From Camelus dromedarius (lineage: Eukaryota), in the NCBI RefSeq assembly GCF_036321535.1, contig NC_087436.1, positions 69,504,001 to 69,568,000 on the forward strand: a DNA stretch of 64,000 bases, given 5' to 3'. How positions within the stretch are numbered: the first letter of the stretch is position 1; every line of letters begins with the position of its first letter. Made by a program: the position numbers and the translations under genes. Shown piece by piece: positions 58,301 to 64,000 of the stretch. Under the pieces are notes generated by a model. The model was not told where the DNA came from, ran no database searches, and was given only the letters and a program-made list of their open reading frames with translations.

Positions 58301-61300
58301 ACTCTACATTTTAGATTTGTGATTTTCTTATGCTAATGAGTGATCATTTTGTTGCAAGTTATGTTATCTATTGGTGGTATAAGCATAAATGTATGCATTT
58401 ATATATAGACACACACAAATGAATTCATTATCAATTATTTTTAAATCTTCAGAATCTTTAAAAATTTAATCATTTGGACAGATTACTATCGTGTAAAATT
58501 GCCCTCTGTACATATGTTTGCATCAATTTTTCTCAAAATTTTTAACATACACATGTACAAGGAACTGTGTCAGGAATGACTGAGACATGGCCCAAGGACC
58601 TCCATATTTGCTGCCCATGTGGACCTTTGGCTGAACACTGTAAAATAAAGCTGCTGAATATTTGTTGAGTTGCCAAAAGGAAAGAATAATGCTGAGAACT
58701 GGACTCTTCTTGGAGTAAAGAAAATGTAACTTTCCCTAATAACAGGTGAGATAAGTTGTATAAATCAATCATGTGTGTAGAATAAATTTACCCTTTAATC
58801 CAAATTCTTAATAAGCAACTTATGCAAGGCAGCATTAACTCCCTCATTTTCTTCTGGTCGGACATTTCTGGCTTCCTCTGGAATCTGTGGTTCTCAAATG
58901 GAATTCTAACACCCCAAATAAATTGACCTTTTGGCCTCTTTATACTTCTTGGTCCTTTCAGTTGACACACAGTATGTCAGTGTCCTCTTCACTTTGAAAG
59001 AGTGCTATTTGAAACGTAGATTTCTTTTATTGTTTTGTGTTTACTATGGAATATAATATTTATTATCATAGATTCACCTTTCTACCCCTTAATTCTTTTT
59101 TTTGAATTCTATTTTATTTTAGTTTGTCTAGATGAATCTGTTTCTCAACTAATCCCTTAAAAAATCCATATATATGTATATATGCATACACATATACTTA
59201 CATTTAAATATATTTATCCAATTTTGATTTTCTTACTATATAGGTGTACTTCTTTAACAGAGATATTTTATTCCTCTTCTTTAAAATACGTTTCTTTCTT
59301 CCTTGACCATCTTCAACTCCTATTAGTACTGTAATTTTTATAGCATGAGTTTCTGTTGAAGATAGAATACAAAATTTAGTCTTCGAGAAATAGCGATATT
59401 TACATAGGCTAAGAGCATTGATAATTTCTGCTAACTTGAGAAGCCTAGAGTTAGGGATAGCCTTAAATCCACATTTCCAGAGCTAAAGTGATCCGTGTTG
59501 GGCTAAATCAGACCTAACGAGAATTAGCTGGGTAATGTCAGATCCCTTATTGCCAAGGCTTTCCCAAAGAATAAATTTTTCTTCTCTAGGAAAGATTAAT
59601 GTTATCTCCACTCTTCTTCCTCTCTAAATACAGAATGAAATGAGATGTGTATACTGTGAAGCTTAATAAAGTGGCACTTCAGTTCTTCATGGAAGTAAAC
59701 GACTGCTTACTTTAACCCACTTGTGTATCTTAGAACTGAAACATTTTAGATTCTGCCTGGCCACCAGTCCTCTGCTGCCTGGCCACAGTCTGTGAAAGTA
59801 TCCTGCAGATTTTTAAAGGCGTTTGAAAGCTACTTCCTAACAACTTTTCAAATCACTTTCAAAGACTTTCATGGTTATTTGTATCAAGTTTCAGACCCCA
59901 AGAGAAAGTTGCTCTTAAATGCAGTGAAGAAAGGTATGCATTTGCTAACATTCCAGGGAGAACAAAGAATCAAATTGATGTTGAAGAACGTCCTGTAAAT
60001 ATGCTGGGCCATCATGAAATACTAATAAGTCGTGTGACCTAAAATGAACTGGGTTTTTTTTGTTTTTGTTTTTGTTTTTTAAATCACACAAGTACTTCTT
60101 TTAGTAGATCTGGAAGTCTAGATATCATATGATAGTATAAGGCTTCAACTATATTAACCTCACTTTAAGTTGGGTATGTAGTGATATTAAAGGCCAGTAA
60201 AGCTTTATACACTTTGATAGCTAACAAATCTGTATAGCATTAAAAATAAAAATCTGGTTTTGGAACATTTTCAGAACACTGGTTTATAAATTTCAGATAC
60301 ACAATTGTTCTTGTATCTGAGGAAAATATTTAGATGTTTTTTTTAAAATAGTAATTGTGAAACATTTATCCATTGAAAAAAAGTTTGTATTGACTGATCT
60401 CAGGCATTAGTTTAAATAGATTAATCTGACTTCCTAGAATTCTATTTAATTTAAAATATTTCATTTTAAAATGTGTTGAGCCTTTTTCATTTGTTTCTAG
60501 ACACACTTTTTTATTGCTATAATAAAGAATGATATGTGTCTCTTCCTTTATTAGGACTTTTTGTACTTATGTGGTGTTCTTGGAAAATAGCTTTGGTAAT
60601 AAGTTCAAGGGAAAAAACTAAGGGATGTATACACCATACTGAAGTGGTTATGATTAAGATGACAATAGGAGAGTATATGTGGGAAAAAAAAAATAGCTCA
60701 AATCTTGTTTCAAAACTCTTTAGGAAGTAATTAATTTCCGGAAATTTGAAGAACCCATTACTGTAGTTGTTCTCTGATTTAATAATAAAGATTGCATATA
60801 TGTTATAGTGAAAAATATGCCATATAGTCAAAATATTTTTGAAAAAGGAAATAAAGCAGTCATCAATGGAAAATGCGTTTATCTAGCATTATACAATACA
60901 TGGTCTTCAGGAATCTTCAGAAGTACACAAAAAAACAGACTTGTGAAAACTACCTTTGACTAGCTCTGATTTTCATATTCCCAGACACAGATTTTTTTAA
61001 GAACTCAATTTAGCCACAGACCATGCAAGAATATTCCTTTTGAATTAAATACAAACATTGAGAAGGTGGAAGACTAATAGACTTTAACATTTTTTGTAAC
61101 ATTATATATGTAAAATTAGTGGAGTAGAGTACCTAAACACAATTTTAAATACAAAAAATAACCCTGTGAATTGATGATAGGAAACCTGGACCTAAGAATT
61201 CCCAAATATTTCCCATTTTGTGGCAAAACATCCATACTAGAATTTTCCATTTCTCATTCTCTAAGTTTTCAATTGTTTTACACAAAATACAGGTACTGTG

Positions 61301-62934
61301 AAGACAGATTTGATAAATCACTTACCTGGTGCCTGTCTTGAAAAACTGGAGGTCCAGGCTGTGTTTCTACTGCATTGGTTAATGGAAGTTTCACTCTCTA
61401 TGTTGCTTCAGTCAAACAAGATAATCTGTCCTTTGCATTAGGAAGGCAAAAATGAAGTCTTCGGAGCTGTGTGAGGTTGGTGACTAAACTGTACAAAGCC
61501 TGTCGGTGTTTTAAGTGGTAAAGACTTAAGGGGAGGTTTTTTGCTGTCTCTTGTGGTGGTAAATGAAATGAAACAAAGAGTCCATGGAAATCTATGAAGC
61601 TTAGTAACTGAAATTAACTTTTCTCAAATAATTATGTATAGTAGATGAAGGCACATTAGTTTTGCTTTCACTTTTGTGTCTGATATCAACAACAAGGACA
61701 ATCAAAATGCAGATGGCCTTTCCACTTCAGTAATTCTGTCAGAATACTTCACTGAAACATGATTTATCCTTACTTCTAGAACTGCTTGGGTAAGTTCGGC
61801 AGACCAGAGCGTGCTCCCTGTGTGAGAGCAAAGGGGAGGGGAAACGCACCCAAGAAATACTGGAGCATATTCTGCATGTTAAGTAATGCCTGTTCCATCT
61901 AAATGCAGGTCACCTTTCTTATATCACCTTTCTTATATCACCTTTCTAAGCCACTTGGTTATAGTGGTGACTGATAAAAACACATTTCAAAAGAGGAAAA
62001 AAAAAAAACTGGTTTGAGGACTCCTGGCATTTTCCACATGACCAAAATATTTTTTGTCACTTGGTTCTTTTTGGTCTCTAGGTCCTGAAATCACAATGCC
62101 GATAAAGGGCAAAGTTTTTAAATCTATGAGTTTATCAACCTGCACAATAATGACATTTGACATTGAAATCTCTCATTCAACAAAATGTGAAGATGTAAAT
62201 GTTTTATGTTATTATCCTCCATGAACATCCTAAACAAATATTTTCTTTGAATCCCATAGAAAAATCTAGATGAAGATTTGTTCTGTAGTGTGCTTCAAGG
62301 AAGAAACCAAGATACAGCCCAGATATCAAGCTGCTACAGAACTACAGGAAGGCAAAAACCACTGGAGGCAATTAGATACTTTTCAGATGAGTTGGAAAAA
62401 CATTCCTAGTTTGCGCTCCAGATTTGGGACCAGAAAATGATCCTTAGGTTGTGCCCATTTCTGCCCCTATTTCTCCTCTTGCAAGCAATTGGAGATTTAT
62501 GTACTAGAAAAATTGAAAAGTAGGGATTCAGGCAGTAGGATAACCAGCTGTAGCCAACGAAAATATGTCATATAGTGAAAACAAGGGAATTGCGGTCGTG
62601 TTACTGAATTTGGGGGAAACTAATATTTAGTTTGTCCCTTTTTTCTTTCCCATTTAGGAATAACAAACTCTGGGACAAAAATTACTCTTTTTCTCTTAAG
62701 AAGACTATCTCCACTTTTTACATCCTTTTTTGCAGACAACATATATCTTACCATTCTTACATATTGAAATGCTTTTCTTATATTTTCAATGGCTTTCCTA
62801 ATTATACATGTATTACAATTTTTAACCTTTAAAAATTTTAATCACTAGTGGAAACCAAGAAGAACTGTCTGTTAGATATCATCATTTTTGATTGGCAAAC
62901 TTATGAACAGATTTTATTTTATTTTTGTTTGTTG

Positions 62935-63245
62935 CTTTTTTATTTAAGTGTAGTTAATTTACAACGTTATATTAGTTTATGTTGTATAGCAAAGTGATTC
63001 AGTTATATACATTATTTTTTCATGTTCTTTTTCGTTAGAGCTTATTACAATAGGACTATATTGAATATAGTTCCCTATGCTATACAATAGGACCTTTTGT
63101 TTATCTATTTTATATATAGTAGTTTGTATCTGTTGATCGCAAACTCCTAATTTATTCCTCCCCCTACCCTTTTCCCCTTTGGTAACTATAAGTTTGTTTT
63201 CTATGTCTGTGAATCTTTTTATGTTTTATATATAGATTCATCTGT
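62935..63245 (-). mobile_element. L1 3' end fragment
   Basis: TTTATTTAAGTGTAGTTAATTTACAACGTTATATTAGTT...AATATAGTTCCCTATGCTATACAATAGGACC, typical laurasiatherian L1 3'UTR in reverse. Confidence 0.8.
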
Positions 63246-64000
63246 GAATAAAACAAAGTTCCTGCCTTCATGGAGTTTAATAGTATTTGGATTGGAGAGA
63301 GACAAAATAAATATTATCTTTGACTGACTAATCTAAATGGAGTCTGATAGGTTTGTACGTCTTAATGTCACCATTTCTCTCTTTGTAACTGATTAGTATT
63401 CTCTGGAGAGATACACTTACTATCTGCAATATCCAGTTCTATATTGAATTAGTTATATGTTATAATGTAACAAATTACATACACTAAAATATAGTAGCTT
63501 AAAGCAACAAACAATTTTTATCTTACACAGTTATATGGAAATGATGCAGCAAGGTGGTTCTGGCTCATGGTCAATTGTTGGTTGGGGTTCCAATCACTGG
63601 AAGACGAGAGGATGGAGGCTTTAGGACTGGAGAATTTAATTCTGAGACCTTGACTTGTATGGCTATTGATAGGAAGCCTCAGTTCCATTCCAGTTATTGA
63701 CAGACAACCTCATTTCTTTGCCGTGAAGGAACGTCCAGAGAGTTCCTGAGTATACTCATGACATGACAGTTTTATTTCCTCCTTCACAATCTCTACAGTC
63801 TGTGTGCCATTGATTTGTTTGTTTGTTTATGTATTGTTTATTTAACTAATTGATTGATTAATTAATTAATTAATTTTTGCTTTATTGCAGTGACCAGAAC
63901 TTCTACTACTAGGTTTAATAAGAATGGTGAGAACAGGTATTTTCCCCTCCTTCCTGATTTTAAGATGAAAGGATTCAGTCTTTCACAATTAAGTGTAATG

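Noticed and set aside
61911..61947. Short tandem duplications (14-bp unit here; also ~27486, ~46152, ~59753) and (CA)n/(TG)n tracts
   Set aside because: Ordinary slippage products with no sign of function
55500..64000. Possible SULT1E1 3' exons expected from synteny
   Set aside because: No GDWKN or FMRKG coding segment recognised on the minus strand; the gene probably lies beyond the right edge

Overview
AT-rich mammalian genomic DNA from the cytosolic sulfotransferase (SULT1) cluster, with both genes on the minus strand. A Vic-1-like tRNA-derived SINE suggests a camelid. Left: six coding exons of an apparently intact SULT1B1 (12169 down to 1685); the last coding exon falls beyond the left edge. 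Centre: all seven coding exons of SULT1D1 (45906 down to 29924) with GT-AG splice sites but two in-frame TGA stops (codons 103 and 172), a P-to-L change in the PAPS-binding loop and a 3-nt insertion, i.e. a probably recent unitary pseudogene. Upstream of the SULT1D1 ATG lies a 5'-intact, internally deleted LINE-1 in gene-sense orientation. It appears to carry a ~380-bp 3' transduction ending in a >1-kb (GAAA/GGAA)n tail that runs into a 200-N gap. Other notable items: an ERV1-type solo LTR with a 4-bp TSD in a SULT1B1 intron, a ~50-bp TSD-flanked retroposed poly(A) site, and a ~270-bp inverted repeat downstream of SULT1D1 built from an ~18-bp motif, with mismatches strongly biased to G-U-compatible pairs on the + strand. 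No prokaryote-type system (CRISPR etc.) is present, and most listed ORFs are spurious. Repeat family names are from recognition of consensus ends, not from a database search.
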